This document shows positions 29,470-39,948 of a stretch of DNA of 64,000 nt, piece after piece. Origin of the DNA: an uncultured Gemmatimonadota bacterium (GTDB lineage Bacteria; Latescibacterota; UBA2968; UBA8231). Each line of letters opens with the position of its first letter. The first letter of the stretch is position 1. A program made the position numbers and the translations under genes. Below the pieces are notes generated by a model. It saw nothing but the letters and a program-made list of their open reading frames with translations. It was not told where the DNA came from and searched no databases. The DNA lies in contig CAITNQ010000424.1 in assembly GCA_903893785.1 (NCBI GenBank), positions 7,666 to 71,665 of the forward strand. Reading direction: 5' to 3'.

Positions 29470-30165
29470 TCACTGAATGACGATATCGGTGAAGATCACG
29501 TCCTTGGCCCTGACGATGGTCTTGTTGCCCTTATCCTTCAGGTAGAGCGTGGTCCAGCTCTTCTTGGTTTCCACCTTGAAGGCCTTCTCGAAGATCTCGG
29601 CGTTGAGGCTCTTGCGGATTTCATCGGCCGCGTCCGCCAAGCCGCTCTCGTCGGTCAGGTCGGCAACCGAGCGACGCCTCATGACATCGACGATGGTCGA
29701 CTTCATCAGGCCGACGTAGGAGTTCAGTTTCTCGTTGACCTCCGGCATCTCCTTGATCTTCTCGGTCAGGTTGCGCTTCTCCGGCTCTTCTTCATCGGTC
29801 TTGGTGGCGGTCAGGCCCAGTTGGACCGAGAACATGACGATATGTTTTGACTCGGATTCGGCCGGGTTGATGGTGATCTCGGTCAGGCTCTTGGGGGCGA
29901 AGACAAAGGGCAGCTCACCCTCTGCCTCGGCCGCGGCTTCCTCGGTATTGGCCGCGGATTCGGCATGTTTGGCCGCCTCCTTCGGCGACGCGTCAAAAAG
30001 CCCTTCGGCGTTCTCGGCGGCGGGTTTGCTCTGGAACAGGCCGGGCATGAAGTAGGTAACGGCCACGTAGGCCAGGGCCACCTGGGCTAGCAGCACCACC
30101 ACGACAAAGGGACCGTATTTCTGGAACACGCTGCCGCCTCCATCGCGACTGTCATCGTCCGCCAT
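29470..30165 (-). CDS. fliL: Flagellar basal-body-associated protein FliL (extended)
   Basis: Single N-terminal TM, 'EITINPAES', C-terminal 'KDVIFTDIVIQ'; precedes fliM. Confidence 0.8.
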   Translation of the reverse strand: MADDDSRDGGGSVFQKYGPFVVVVLLAQVALAYVAVTYFMPGLFQSKPAAENAEGLFDASPKEAAKHAESAANTEEAAAEAEGELPFVFAPKSLTEITINPAESESKHIVMFSVQLGLTATKTDEEEPEKRNLTEKIKEMPEVNEKLNSYVGLMKSTIVDVMRRRSVADLTDESGLADAADEIRKSLNAEIFEKAFKVETKKSWTTLYLKDKGNKTIVRAKDVIFTDIVIQ

Positions 30166-30207
30166 GTCTACTTCCTTTCCACGCCGCCGTCGCTGCGGCC
30201 GTCGGGC

Positions 30208-30420
30208 TCAGGAGGCGCGCGCCGCGTCGCTGCCGGGCCACTGGCCGCAGCGGCGCCGGTAATCGATCACGCGCTCGACCACTACGTCGACGGGTTCGGC
30301 CACCATCAACCGCTTGCCTGATTCCAGGGTGATCATCGTGTCCGGCGTGGCCTCGACGAACTCGATCATCTCGGCGTTGACGATGATCTCAGCGTGGTTT
30401 AACCGGGTGACGCGAATCAT
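30208..30420 (-). CDS. flbD: Flagellar FlbD (SwrD) family protein
   Basis: MIRVTRLNHAEIIVNAEMIEFVEATPDTMITL. Confidence 0.93.
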   Translation of the reverse strand: MIRVTRLNHAEIIVNAEMIEFVEATPDTMITLESGKRLMVAEPVDVVVERVIDYRRRCGQWPGSDAARAS

Positions 30421-30514
30421 CAGTAGGCCTTCCAGCCGGGCCCGGAGTGGCTCTGGTGGCTCCCAAGCCCGGCCCTGCCCGCGGGTCAGGCGTGCTCAGG
30501 CGCTAATATAACCA

Positions 30515-32488
30515 TCAGCGTTTGAGGTTAACTACCTCGTTGAGCAGGTCGTCCGAGGTGGTGATGGAGCGCGCGTTGGCCTGGAAGCCACGCTGGGCCA
30601 GCATCATCTCGGTGAATTCCTGCGCCAGGTCCACGTTGGACATTTCGACCGAACCTGATCGAATGCTGCCCTGGACGGTGGACTCGGCCGCGCCGACCAC
30701 CGCCTCTCCCGACGCCTGGGTGGCGGCAAACAGGTTGCTGCCTTCCCGCCGGAGACCACCGTCATTGCTGAAGGAGGCCAGCGCCACGCGTCCGAGGACC
30801 TCGGAGTTGCCGTTGCTGAACAGACCGATGATGCTGCCGCTGGATTCGATGCTGACCGACTCGAGGGTTCCGGCAGCCCTTCCGTCCTGACTGCGCACGG
30901 CCGCCGACGAGTCGGCGACAAACTGGGTCAAGCCACCGAAGGTGTCGGAACTGTTGGCGTCCAGGGCAATGACCACCGGCGCCGTGCCGTTGCCGGGGGT
31001 GAACCGCAGGGACGCCCCATCGGCGGCCTGGAACGAACGCAGGGTGCCGTCTTCGTTGAAGACGATCTTGCCGTTGCTGCCCGCATCGGGCGTCAGACCG
31101 TCGACCGTAGCCGACCAGTTCCATTCGTTGTCGACCGCACCTTTGGTGAAGTTGAGGGTCAACGAGTGGGAGTCGCCCTTCTGGTCATACACCTGGGTGT
31201 TGGTGCTGAGTTGGTAGGGTGGCTCGTTGCCGTAGATCCCCGAGCCATTACCGTTGTCGAGCAGCGAGAAGTTGATCTCGAAACCGGCCACCCGATCGCC
31301 GCTGGCCGCATCGGTCAAGATGAACTGCCCCGTCTGCGGGTCCAGCCCGGCCTTGACGCCGCCGTACACATTCTCCACGGCATGGAACAGGTCGCTGAGC
31401 TTGTCCCCGGTGCTGGCCTGGAAAGTGAAGGTGCCGTCAAATTGCTCGCCGTTGGGTTTGACGCCCGAGAAGCGCAGGACGTCCCCCTGCGTCAGGTCCT
31501 GGCTGACGTCGGCAAGCGAGTTGATGGTGTCCGTATCAGCGGCCCGACTCCCCTGCTGGCTGGTCCCGGTCGTCAGGCCCAGACGGGCCGCAACATTGAC
31601 CTGGGAATTGGCGTTGTCGATAGCCAGCGACACACCGGTGCCGCCGTCCACGGTGCGCAGCACCACCTGGCCCAGTTCGTTAGTACGGAACAGGGCGCGA
31701 TTGGCTAGCGTCGTGTTGGTGCCGATCTGGGCATTGAGCTCACTGACCAGGTCGGTCCGCTGCGCGTAGGAGCGCGCCGGAACACTGATTGTGCTCTGGT
31801 ACGTCTCACCGTTCTCGGTAACGGTGATTTTCAGCCCGGCGTCGGTCAGGGTGCTTAGGTCCAGGGGGAAGCCCGGGTTGGGGGAGCTGATGATGCGGGC
31901 GGGCTGGCCAAAGGTGGTGTCGTTGTCCCAGACTTTGTCGCCCTTGCCCGTTCCGCTGGCATTGAGATTACCCGAGAGCTGGATGTTCTGCGTCGCGGCC
32001 GCCTTGGACTCGCGGTCCAAAGGGATGACCAGATTCTCCAGCGGCGACTTGAGTTTGCCGGTGGCGTCGGCCATGTTGCCCTGCACGATCAGGCCCGTGC
32101 CCGGGTCAACCAGCCGGCCTTTGACATCGAAGGAGAAGGTGCCGTCCCGGGTATAGGCACGACTGGCTCCCTGGCCGAGGATGAAGTAGCCGTCGCCCTC
32201 CACCGCCAGGTCGGTGTCGATGCCAGTGGCCTGCAGTGTTCCCTGGGTCTGCACCAGGTCAACGCTGCTCAAAGCCACGCCTAGCCCTGACTGGACCGGG
32301 TTGGTGGCCACAGTGGTGCCGCTGGCCGGGTTGCCCTGGCCAAGCGAACGGCTCATCAGGTCGGCAAAGTTGGCGCGGCCGCTCTTATAGGCCGTGGTGT
32401 TGACATTGGCGACGTTGTTGCTGATGACGCCCATGCGGGTCTGGTGACTCCGGACGCCGGTGGCGCCGACGAATAACGAGTCGATCAT
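30515..32488 (-). CDS. flgE: Flagellar hook protein FlgE (657 aa, large insertion)
   Basis: MIDSLFVGATG...ISNNVANVNTTAYK; TGIDTDLAVEGDGYF; EMSNVDLAQEFTEMMLAQRGFQANARSI...LKR. Confidence 0.95.
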   Translation of the reverse strand: MIDSLFVGATGVRSHQTRMGVISNNVANVNTTAYKSGRANFADLMSRSLGQGNPASGTTVATNPVQSGLGVALSSVDLVQTQGTLQATGIDTDLAVEGDGYFILGQGASRAYTRDGTFSFDVKGRLVDPGTGLIVQGNMADATGKLKSPLENLVIPLDRESKAAATQNIQLSGNLNASGTGKGDKVWDNDTTFGQPARIISSPNPGFPLDLSTLTDAGLKITVTENGETYQSTISVPARSYAQRTDLVSELNAQIGTNTTLANRALFRTNELGQVVLRTVDGGTGVSLAIDNANSQVNVAARLGLTTGTSQQGSRAADTDTINSLADVSQDLTQGDVLRFSGVKPNGEQFDGTFTFQASTGDKLSDLFHAVENVYGGVKAGLDPQTGQFILTDAASGDRVAGFEINFSLLDNGNGSGIYGNEPPYQLSTNTQVYDQKGDSHSLTLNFTKGAVDNEWNWSATVDGLTPDAGSNGKIVFNEDGTLRSFQAADGASLRFTPGNGTAPVVIALDANSSDTFGGLTQFVADSSAAVRSQDGRAAGTLESVSIESSGSIIGLFSNGNSEVLGRVALASFSNDGGLRREGSNLFAATQASGEAVVGAAESTVQGSIRSGSVEMSNVDLAQEFTEMMLAQRGFQANARSITTSDDLLNEVVNLKR

Positions 32489-32621
32489 GGTTTTCTGCTC
32501 CCCACCCCGCGACTGGCCGGGTGCCTGAGCTCGCCGCGCCTCATCCGGGGCCCTGCGAGCTGTTTTCGCCACGACCTTCCCTGACCGCAGTTCTTGTGTC
32601 TGGCCATCGGTTCCCGGTCGA

Positions 32622-33302
32622 TCAATCGTCGGCGACCACACCGGCCAGGTCAGCTACCGAGAGCTGGCGTCCCCCGGCCCACACCTGGGCGCTGTTGCCG
32701 CCATAGCGCACGGCGTCGACGCGAGCTCGGGCCACGATCTGGCCGGTAACGGTATCGCCGGCCGCGTTCAAACCGGTCACGGCGACCCGGTAGTCACCCT
32801 CGGGGACCGCCACCCCATCGTCGCTGCGACCGTCCCACGAAACCGTTCCGGTCGTGCCACCCGGGTCCAGGGTGTAGCCACGCACGGTGCGCCCCAGGGC
32901 GTCGGTGACCGCCAAACTGGCCTGCTTCCACCCCTGGCCCAGGCGGTAATCCATCGACGCGTCGCTGCTGCCATCCCACGTCACCTGGGTCACCGGGACC
33001 TCGACCGTTCGGCCCACCAGGGAGGTGGCGCGGTCCGTGGCCAGCGCGGTCTTCAGGTCGCTGTCGGCGCTCAGGCTCTGCGTCAAGGTCGAATTCATGT
33101 TCTGGAGTTGCTCGAGCGAGGTGAACTGGGCCATCTGGGCGATGAATTCCTTGTTGTCCATCGGATCCATCGGGTCCTGGTACTGCAGCTGAACCGTCAA
33201 CAGGCGCAGGAAATCGTCCTTGCCCAGCTGGTTCTTGCTCGAACTGGTGCCCGCCGTGCTGGTCTGGCTGGTCTTGGCGCTGGTGATATCGCTGATGTTC
33301 AT
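32622..33302 (-). CDS. flgD: Hook-capping protein FlgD
   Basis: [35 protein letters not shown]; WDGRSDDG. Confidence 0.96.
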   Translation of the reverse strand: MNISDITSAKTSQTSTAGTSSSKNQLGKDDFLRLLTVQLQYQDPMDPMDNKEFIAQMAQFTSLEQLQNMNSTLTQSLSADSDLKTALATDRATSLVGRTVEVPVTQVTWDGSSDASMDYRLGQGWKQASLAVTDALGRTVRGYTLDPGGTTGTVSWDGRSDDGVAVPEGDYRVAVTGLNAAGDTVTGQIVARARVDAVRYGGNSAQVWAGGRQLSVADLAGVVADD

Positions 33303-33336
33303 GGCGCTCCCACTTCCGGGGCCTGGCCCCTCGAAG

Positions 33337-35244
33337 TCAGATGGTATAGTCGACGCCGTGCAGGCCCCCTCCCACGCGCACGGGTGTCACACTCTGGGTC
33401 CCGCTGGCCGCCGGGGCCGACGCGGGCGCGCCGGCGGGGCCGGAGCCGTCGTCGCCACTCCATCCGGCAGCCGGCTGGCGCTGATGGTTCACATTGACGT
33501 CGAAGCCCCCCAATTGCAGGCCGTGTTCGAGCAGCGCCGAACGCAACCGGTCCACGTGGGAATCTAGCAGCTGCTTGATCGCCGGCTGCTGCACCGATAC
33601 CTGCCCGTGGACCACCGCGTCGCGGGTGCTCACGCGCAGTTCGACATCGCCCAGCTCGGCCGGGCGCAGGTGCAGGCGCATCTCGGCATTGCCGTCCTGC
33701 ACGAGGCTGGCGATGCCCCGCGTCACTTCTGGAAGCACAGTCCGTGCCAGGTCCGCGAAAGCCGTGGCGCGATCAGGGCCCACGGCCTGCTGCAGGCGCT
33801 GCAATACCTGGCCCGGGGCGGGGTCAGCGCGGAGCGAGGGGTCAAGCCATTCGCGCAGGCTGAGCAGGCTGGCCGGGCCGCTGTCGCCGGCGCCGGGGGA
33901 AGCATTGTCAGTATCGCGGGAAAAACCGACCCGTGCCGCCGCCAACCCGGCCGGGTCGGCCCAGCCGCGGTCCAGCACCACCGCGCCCGGCGCCGCACCT
34001 GTCGCGGGGGCTGCGCCGGCATGGGCCGGACGCGGTGCTGCAGCGGCGCTTCCCGGCACGGCCGATGAAGCAGGGCCGGCGGCCATGGCTGACGACCCGT
34101 CCGGAGTGACTGCGGGGGCGGCCGGCACGACGTTAGCGTCGAGACCCGCGGCCAGGCTGCCGGTCGGCAGTGGCGGCGGCGCGGCCGCGGGGGGTGGCGG
34201 GGCACTGTCGTCAACTGAGGGTGCCGGCTCGGCCGGCGGCGCCCCTGAAGCGGGCATGGGTACCGCTGCCGAACCGAGGAGCACGGCCGCTACCGGATCC
34301 GGCACGGCTGCCAAGTCCGCGCCGACGACGGGCCGGGCGTCTTCGGTGGCGGTCCCATCGGCGACGGTGCCGGAAGCGGGCGTCGAAATAGCGGGCGATG
34401 CCGGCGCGGCCGCCGTGGTGGCGCCGGCAGGCCGGGCCATGGCGGGCCGGAACCGTGGGGCGGTCACTGCGGCCGTCGCCGCGGTGGACTCGGCCGCCAG
34501 GGCCGCCCCGGACCCGCTAGCACTGGCAGTCATCGAGGTGGCGTCCGGCGCCGCCTCGACCGGTTTGGTGCCCTCCCCCGCCAACGGCGGCAGGTCAGGC
34601 AGTGCAGCGGCAACCGGGGCGGCGGCCGACGACGAGGTGCCGGCGGCGGCCACGGGCGACCCGGTGGGCGGCGGAACGGTACCGCCCGGGGCGCCGGCCA
34701 CCGCGGTTTGCGGGCCCGGGCCCGGCGTCCCGGGTGACGTCGCGCTTGAGCCGTCTTCCACGGCCGACCCGGTGGCAGTTGCCCCCCCGTCGTCGGCGGC
34801 ATCGGCGTTGCCGCGGTTCGCTGCCGAGGACGTGGACCGGCCACGCTCAACGCGGTCGCGCGTGGCCAACCGATCGCCGGGTCCCGCCGACCTGGCGTCA
34901 GCGTCATCGGCCGCCGAGTCGGCATCTTCGGGACCGGCGTCAACCGCCGCGTCGGCCAGGTCGTCGGCCGCCCGGTCAGGAGCCTCGTCGCGCGTGGCGG
35001 CCCCGCCGTCGACGCCGCGGGCCGATCCACTGGCGCGGCGCCGCGCAGACCCGACGGCTGCCGGCGACGGCCGCGATGTCGGGCCCGTCGACGCCCGAGG
35101 TGCGCCCGATGGGCCGGTCGGTTCCGGCTCCTCGACCGCGGCCAGGACAGCGCTGAACGGGCGCGTTGCCGGCGCTCGTGATGACCGTGCCTCAGGCGGC
35201 GTCGCCGCCCCTCGACCCAACGTGGCGGGTGTGTGCATGGCCAT
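33337..35244 (-). CDS. fliK: Hook-length control protein FliK
   Basis: Long Ala/Pro/Ser-rich region plus T3S4 domain '[17 protein letters not shown]...[10 protein letters not shown]'. Confidence 0.9.
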   Translation of the reverse strand: MAMHTPATLGRGAATPPEARSSRAPATRPFSAVLAAVEEPEPTGPSGAPRASTGPTSRPSPAAVGSARRRASGSARGVDGGAATRDEAPDRAADDLADAAVDAGPEDADSAADDADARSAGPGDRLATRDRVERGRSTSSAANRGNADAADDGGATATGSAVEDGSSATSPGTPGPGPQTAVAGAPGGTVPPPTGSPVAAAGTSSSAAAPVAAALPDLPPLAGEGTKPVEAAPDATSMTASASGSGAALAAESTAATAAVTAPRFRPAMARPAGATTAAAPASPAISTPASGTVADGTATEDARPVVGADLAAVPDPVAAVLLGSAAVPMPASGAPPAEPAPSVDDSAPPPPAAAPPPLPTGSLAAGLDANVVPAAPAVTPDGSSAMAAGPASSAVPGSAAAAPRPAHAGAAPATGAAPGAVVLDRGWADPAGLAAARVGFSRDTDNASPGAGDSGPASLLSLREWLDPSLRADPAPGQVLQRLQQAVGPDRATAFADLARTVLPEVTRGIASLVQDGNAEMRLHLRPAELGDVELRVSTRDAVVHGQVSVQQPAIKQLLDSHVDRLRSALLEHGLQLGGFDVNVNHQRQPAAGWSGDDGSGPAGAPASAPAASGTQSVTPVRVGGGLHGVDYTI

Positions 35245-35771
35245 CAGTCTCCTTGGTCCGGGGACATCGACACCGCTAGGCGGCCGGCCACCGCCGGCCT
35301 CATCGCCTCTTCTTCGGCCACCTCATCGCGTCGCCGACGCTGGTGCAGTTGCTCGCCGATCTCGTCGAGCAGGCGGCGCTCGCTCTGCTGCTGTTCCTCG
35401 CGGTGTCGAGCCCGAGCCTGCTCCCGGAGGATTTCGTATGTCCGCCGCTCACGGGCGGCGACGGCCAGACGCTGCCGACGTTCCTCGACCACCGCTTCTA
35501 CCTGCCGTATGCGCTGCTCCTGGGCGCCGATCTCGCCGCGCAACCGCTGCAGATAGCCAGCGCCCAGTCCCAGCACCACGGCGTCCAGGCGAGCCGCGGC
35601 CGGCGTCGCCGAGGCCTGCCGGTAGGTATCCCGCATACGCTGCAGATCGGCCAATCGATCGCGCTCATAGTTGAGCACGGCCACGGCTTCACCCAGCGAG
35701 GCCCGCCGCGCCTCCTCAAGGCGCTCCTTGACGGTCAGGATGGGCTGGAAACGGAAACGGAAGCGTTTCAC
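35244..35771 (-). CDS. fliJ: Flagellar export protein FliJ
   Basis: MKRFRFRFQPIL...EQQQSERRLLDEIG; follows fliI. Confidence 0.9.
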   Translation of the reverse strand: MKRFRFRFQPILTVKERLEEARRASLGEAVAVLNYERDRLADLQRMRDTYRQASATPAAARLDAVVLGLGAGYLQRLRGEIGAQEQRIRQVEAVVEERRQRLAVAARERRTYEILREQARARHREEQQQSERRLLDEIGEQLHQRRRRDEVAEEEAMRPAVAGRLAVSMSPDQGD

Positions 35772-37111
35772 CGGCGTCTCCGGCTGGTCGGTAAGGGTTC
35801 GGGCGGCGCCACCAGCAGGCCCATCAGGCGCTGGACGTGCTGATCGAGGCGCCCCGGCGAAACGCTGTCTTGGCGCAGATAGGCGTTGATCGGCTCGATG
35901 AACTTCAGGGCGCGGTCGATCCGCGGGTTACTGCCGCGGGCATAGGCGCCGATATTGATCAGGTCCTCGGCCTCGGCATGAGCGGCCAGCAACGACTTGA
36001 TCTCGACGCTGCGTTCCCAGTGCGCCGGCGTCACCACATCTTTCATCGCCCGGCTGATGCTCTCCATGACATCGATCGGCGGGTAGTGCCCGCGTGAAGT
36101 CAGGCGGCGGGACAGCACCACGTGACCGTCCAAGATCGCGCGGGCCGCATCGGCGATGGGTTCGTCCATGTCGTCGCCCTCGACAAGCACGGTGTAAAGC
36201 CCGGTGATGCTGCCGTGGCGCGTCCCCCCGGCCCGTTCCAGCAGTCGCGGCAACAGGGCGAAGACCGAGGGCGTGTACCCCCGCGTGGTCGGCGGCTCGC
36301 CGGCTGCCAGGCCGATCTCGCGCTGGGCCATGGCGACGCGGGTGATCGAATCCATCATCAGCATCACGTCGAGCCCTCGGTCGCGGAAATACTCCGCCAC
36401 CGTGGTGGCCACCAAGGCCGCCTTGAGCCGGATAAGCGCCGGTTGGTCCGACGTGGCGACGACCACGACCGATCGACGTAGTCCTTCGTGACCCAGATTG
36501 TCTTCGAGGAAGTCCAGCACCTCCTTGCCGCGCTCGCCGACCAGGCCGATGACATTGACATCAGCCTCGGAATGGCGCGAGATCATCCCCAGGAGCGTGC
36601 TCTTCCCCACGCCAGACCCGGCGAATATCCCCAGGCGCTGCCCTTTGCCCACGGTGACCATGCCGTCCAGAGCCCGTACACCTGTGCCCAGGGGTTCCCG
36701 GACGCGCGCCCGGCTGAGCGGGTCCGGAGCAGCGCCGTGCACCGACACCGAAGCCTCGGCGTAGACCGGGCCTTTGCCGTCCAGCGGTTCGCCCAGACCA
36801 TTGAGGATACGGCCCTGCAGTCCCCGCCCGACGGCGATGCGCAGCGGCGCGCCGGTGGCAAACACCGCGGTGCCCGGGCGGATACCCTCGATCGGGCCCA
36901 GCGGCGTCAGCAGTACCTGCTTGCCGCGGTACCCGACCACCTCGGCGCGCACCCCGCGAGCCCGGCTGTCGCCGATGTAGCACAACTCGCCCAGAGCCAC
37001 CCCTTCTGGGCCCAGGGCTTCCACGATAAGGCCCACGACCTTGGCAACGCGGCCATAGGGCTGCAGCGGCCGGGCCTGATCGACGGCACGGAGAAGAGCC
37101 TCTGCTTCCAC
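35768..37111 (-). CDS. fliI: Flagellar export ATPase FliI
   Basis: GQRLGIFAGSGVGKS, GERGKEV, MMDSITR, LLERAG, ILDGHVVL, EDLINIGAY. Confidence 0.97.
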   Translation of the reverse strand: MEAEALLRAVDQARPLQPYGRVAKVVGLIVEALGPEGVALGELCYIGDSRARGVRAEVVGYRGKQVLLTPLGPIEGIRPGTAVFATGAPLRIAVGRGLQGRILNGLGEPLDGKGPVYAEASVSVHGAAPDPLSRARVREPLGTGVRALDGMVTVGKGQRLGIFAGSGVGKSTLLGMISRHSEADVNVIGLVGERGKEVLDFLEDNLGHEGLRRSVVVVATSDQPALIRLKAALVATTVAEYFRDRGLDVMLMMDSITRVAMAQREIGLAAGEPPTTRGYTPSVFALLPRLLERAGGTRHGSITGLYTVLVEGDDMDEPIADAARAILDGHVVLSRRLTSRGHYPPIDVMESISRAMKDVVTPAHWERSVEIKSLLAAHAEAEDLINIGAYARGSNPRIDRALKFIEPINAYLRQDSVSPGRLDQHVQRLMGLLVAPPEPLPTSRRRR

Positions 37112-37113
37112 AG

Positions 37114-37893
37114 CTAGTCTCCTTCGGGGCCGGTCGCCGGCGGCGCCAAGGCAGCACGGAGGGCCTGGTGCAGGGCCTCCAGTTGGGTCTCCAGACGGGC
37201 GTCCACATTGCCCTCATCGCCCTCGACCATGCACCCCCCACGACCGACCGCGTCACTGGCAACGACGCGGAGAGCGGTGGCCTGAGCCACCTTGTCAACC
37301 CACCGGGCCGCGAATCGGCGCGCCAGTTGCACGTCCTCGGGATGCACTTTGATTTCCAGCCGGCTTTCCTGCGCCAAGGCCTCCAGAGCCGCACGGATAC
37401 CTCGCACCAGGACGCGCGACTCGGCTTCGACCTGCACGCCGGTGATGCGTCGGGCCGTGGCCACTGCCAGGTCGACGACGAGGGTCTCGGCGCCTCGCAG
37501 CACCTGCGCCCGGTCTTCTTCCAGGGAACGGTGCAGCGCTGCAAAGCGCTCGACGGCCTCGCGGGCCTCGGCCTCTTTGGCCTCGATGCCCGCCTGGTAC
37601 CCCTCCTCGTAGCGCTGCTGGTGCACCTGCTGGCGGTCAGCTTCGGCACGCGCTGCAGCCTGGCGCAGCCGCTGCTCGGCGTCGGCCTGAAGCTGAGCGC
37701 GCTCCTGCGCCAAACGGGCCGCGGACTCGGTCTCCAGTTGCTGCCGCAGGGCTTGCACCCGGGCCTGTACCAAACCCGGCAGATCAATTGCGGACGGTCC
37801 GCTGGGTTCGGTGCTCAGGTACAGCTCACGCTCCGCCTGGCCCAGGGTGACTACGGGTCCGGTTACCCGTACCGTGCGGATGATCTTCGACAC
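37114..37893 (-). CDS. fliH: Flagellar assembly protein FliH
   Basis: YEEGYQAG repeat, VHPEDV, VGRGGCMVEGDEGNVDARLETQL. Confidence 0.9.
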   Translation of the reverse strand: MSKIIRTVRVTGPVVTLGQAERELYLSTEPSGPSAIDLPGLVQARVQALRQQLETESAARLAQERAQLQADAEQRLRQAAARAEADRQQVHQQRYEEGYQAGIEAKEAEAREAVERFAALHRSLEEDRAQVLRGAETLVVDLAVATARRITGVQVEAESRVLVRGIRAALEALAQESRLEIKVHPEDVQLARRFAARWVDKVAQATALRVVASDAVGRGGCMVEGDEGNVDARLETQLEALHQALRAALAPPATGPEGD

Positions 37894-37948
37894 GATCGTG
37901 GGCTCCGCCGGCAGCGGGGTCAGACCCCAGAGGCCGGATTCGGGGGCA

Positions 37949-39475
37949 TCACACTTTCTCTTCCAGTAACATCGTCTTGATCAGCTTGGCCGCGTCTTCG
38001 GGCCGGTCCCGGACCATCTGCTGCACCCGGGCCAAGATGATGTCATGGGGCGTCTCCGGGCGCTCGAACGATTCCTCGGCAACGTCGGGCTGCACTTCGC
38101 CGAGCACTTCGAGCTCTTCTTCCACGCCGACCCCGCGCCCGATGGCCTGGATGATGAAGCGCAGGGTTACCAGCGCCGCGACAATGCCGAGGATCTTGGC
38201 CACGGTGACGGCGATACCGGTCCAGAACTCCTTGCGCTGCTCGGCTTCGGCTGCCTTCTTGGCCTGCAGTTCCTCGGTTTTCTCGAACGGCATGGCGAAG
38301 ATGGTGATCTGATCGCCGCGCTTCTCGTCGAGACCGACCGCGTTGATCGCCAGTTGCCTGAGGTGCTCGATCTCCTGGTCGGTGCGCTTCTCTTCGATGT
38401 ACTCGTTGGGGTTATTGGGGTCGACGACAACCTTGGTCTCGTCGATGGTCAGGGCCATGGACATGCGCTCGATTCGCCCGACCGCACCGACGATGTTCTG
38501 CACCGTACGGTTGACCTCGTAGTTGCGTATCGTCTGCTCGTCGGTCCCCTGCTCGGCCGAGCTCTTCTCGTTGGTCTCCTCGCTGACCACCACCTGCGTT
38601 TCGCCGGGATCCACCGTGTTACTCTGCGTCTGGCGCTGACTGAAATCCAGCGTGCAGTTGATCCGGACCCGCGAGCGGTCCTTGGCAATGACCTGGTCCA
38701 TCAGGCTCTGGACTTTCTGCTCCAGGGCCCGCTCAACCTGCTGCTGCATCTCGAACTGCTTGTTGGCCACCTTGACCAGCGGGTCTTTCTCCTCGGAGAG
38801 CATGTTGCCCGACTGATCGAGGACCACCACGTTGGCCGGTTCCAGGCCTTCGACGCTAGCACTGACGAGGTTGACGATGGCGTCCACGCGCTCGCGCTTC
38901 AGGCGCGCATTCTTGGCCAGCGTCAGGGACACCGAGGCAGTCGTGGGGTTCTGCGTTTCGCTGAACAGGCTGGGGGCCGGGATCACCAGGTGCACGCGCG
39001 CGGAGCGAACCCCGTCAATGCGCTCGAGGGTCTTCTCCAATTCCTCCTGCAGGGCCCGCTGGAAATTGACTTTCTGCAGGAAGTCGGTCATGGTGAGCTG
39101 CGCGTCTTTGAAGATGTCGTAGCCCATGCGTCCGGTCTTGGGGTACCCTTCGCCAGCCAGACGCAAGCGCAGGTCGCGGACCTCGTCGGCGGGCACGAGA
39201 ATGGCGCTGGCATCGTTGGTCAGCCGATGCCGCACCTGCATGTCCGTGAGTCGCCGGCTGACGTCGGCCGCTTCCTGGTAGTCCAGGTCGGCATACAGAA
39301 TCGCGCCGTCCCAGTTTTTGTCGTCTTTGCCGGTCGAGGCGAAGATGGCAATGGCGATGGCGAGGACCACGGCAGCCGCCACGCCCACGACCAAACCGCG
39401 CTGCATCTGGTTGGCGCCACCCCACCAGGCTCGGGAGCGATCGGCGATGTCGTTGATTGGAGTCGGCAGGTTCAT
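37949..39475 (-). CDS. fliF: Flagellar MS-ring protein FliF
   Basis: Two TMs; LRLRLAGEGYP, GYDIF, QRALQEELEKT, ARVHLVIP, PTTASVSL, NYEVNRT. Confidence 0.96.
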   Translation of the reverse strand: MNLPTPINDIADRSRAWWGGANQMQRGLVVGVAAAVVLAIAIAIFASTGKDDKNWDGAILYADLDYQEAADVSRRLTDMQVRHRLTNDASAILVPADEVRDLRLRLAGEGYPKTGRMGYDIFKDAQLTMTDFLQKVNFQRALQEELEKTLERIDGVRSARVHLVIPAPSLFSETQNPTTASVSLTLAKNARLKRERVDAIVNLVSASVEGLEPANVVVLDQSGNMLSEEKDPLVKVANKQFEMQQQVERALEQKVQSLMDQVIAKDRSRVRINCTLDFSQRQTQSNTVDPGETQVVVSEETNEKSSAEQGTDEQTIRNYEVNRTVQNIVGAVGRIERMSMALTIDETKVVVDPNNPNEYIEEKRTDQEIEHLRQLAINAVGLDEKRGDQITIFAMPFEKTEELQAKKAAEAEQRKEFWTGIAVTVAKILGIVAALVTLRFIIQAIGRGVGVEEELEVLGEVQPDVAEESFERPETPHDIILARVQQMVRDRPEDAAKLIKTMLLEEKV

Positions 39476-39602
39476 CGGTGCGGTCCTCGATGGGTGGATA
39501 ACCGGTAACAGGGGCAGACCGTACGGACCCCAAGCCGGCGGCCGCCAGCCCCTACCCGGGCGGCCCCGACGCTGCCGGCGCAGGCGGGCCGGCAGACGGG
39601 CG

Positions 39603-39947
39603 CTACACCTGCATGCGGATCAGTTCCTGGTACCCTTCCAGGACGCGGTTGCGGATTTCCAGCATCAGGTCCATGGCCACCGAAGCCTCCTCCACCGCAA
39701 TCATCACCTGGTGCACATCGGTCGACTTGCCCGTGGCCAGGCCGTTGATGGCGTCGCCGGCGGAGAACTGAAGGTCATTGACGTCACTGGCAAAGTCCTT
39801 CACCAGATCGCCGAACGTGCGTTGCGTCCCGGCCTCCTGTGGCGTAGCCACGGCCGTGCCGGTTGGCACCGCGTCGCGCGACGGCAACTGGAGGCGGAAA
39901 GCCCCCTCGCTGCGGCCGGTGAAGTCGCGGATCGCCTGAATAGCCAT
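39603..39947 (-). CDS. fliE: Hook-basal body protein FliE
   Basis: DVHQVMIAVEEASVAMDLMLEIRNRVLEGYQELIRMQV. Confidence 0.96.
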   Translation of the reverse strand: MAIQAIRDFTGRSEGAFRLQLPSRDAVPTGTAVATPQEAGTQRTFGDLVKDFASDVNDLQFSAGDAINGLATGKSTDVHQVMIAVEEASVAMDLMLEIRNRVLEGYQELIRMQV

Positions 39948-39948
39948 C

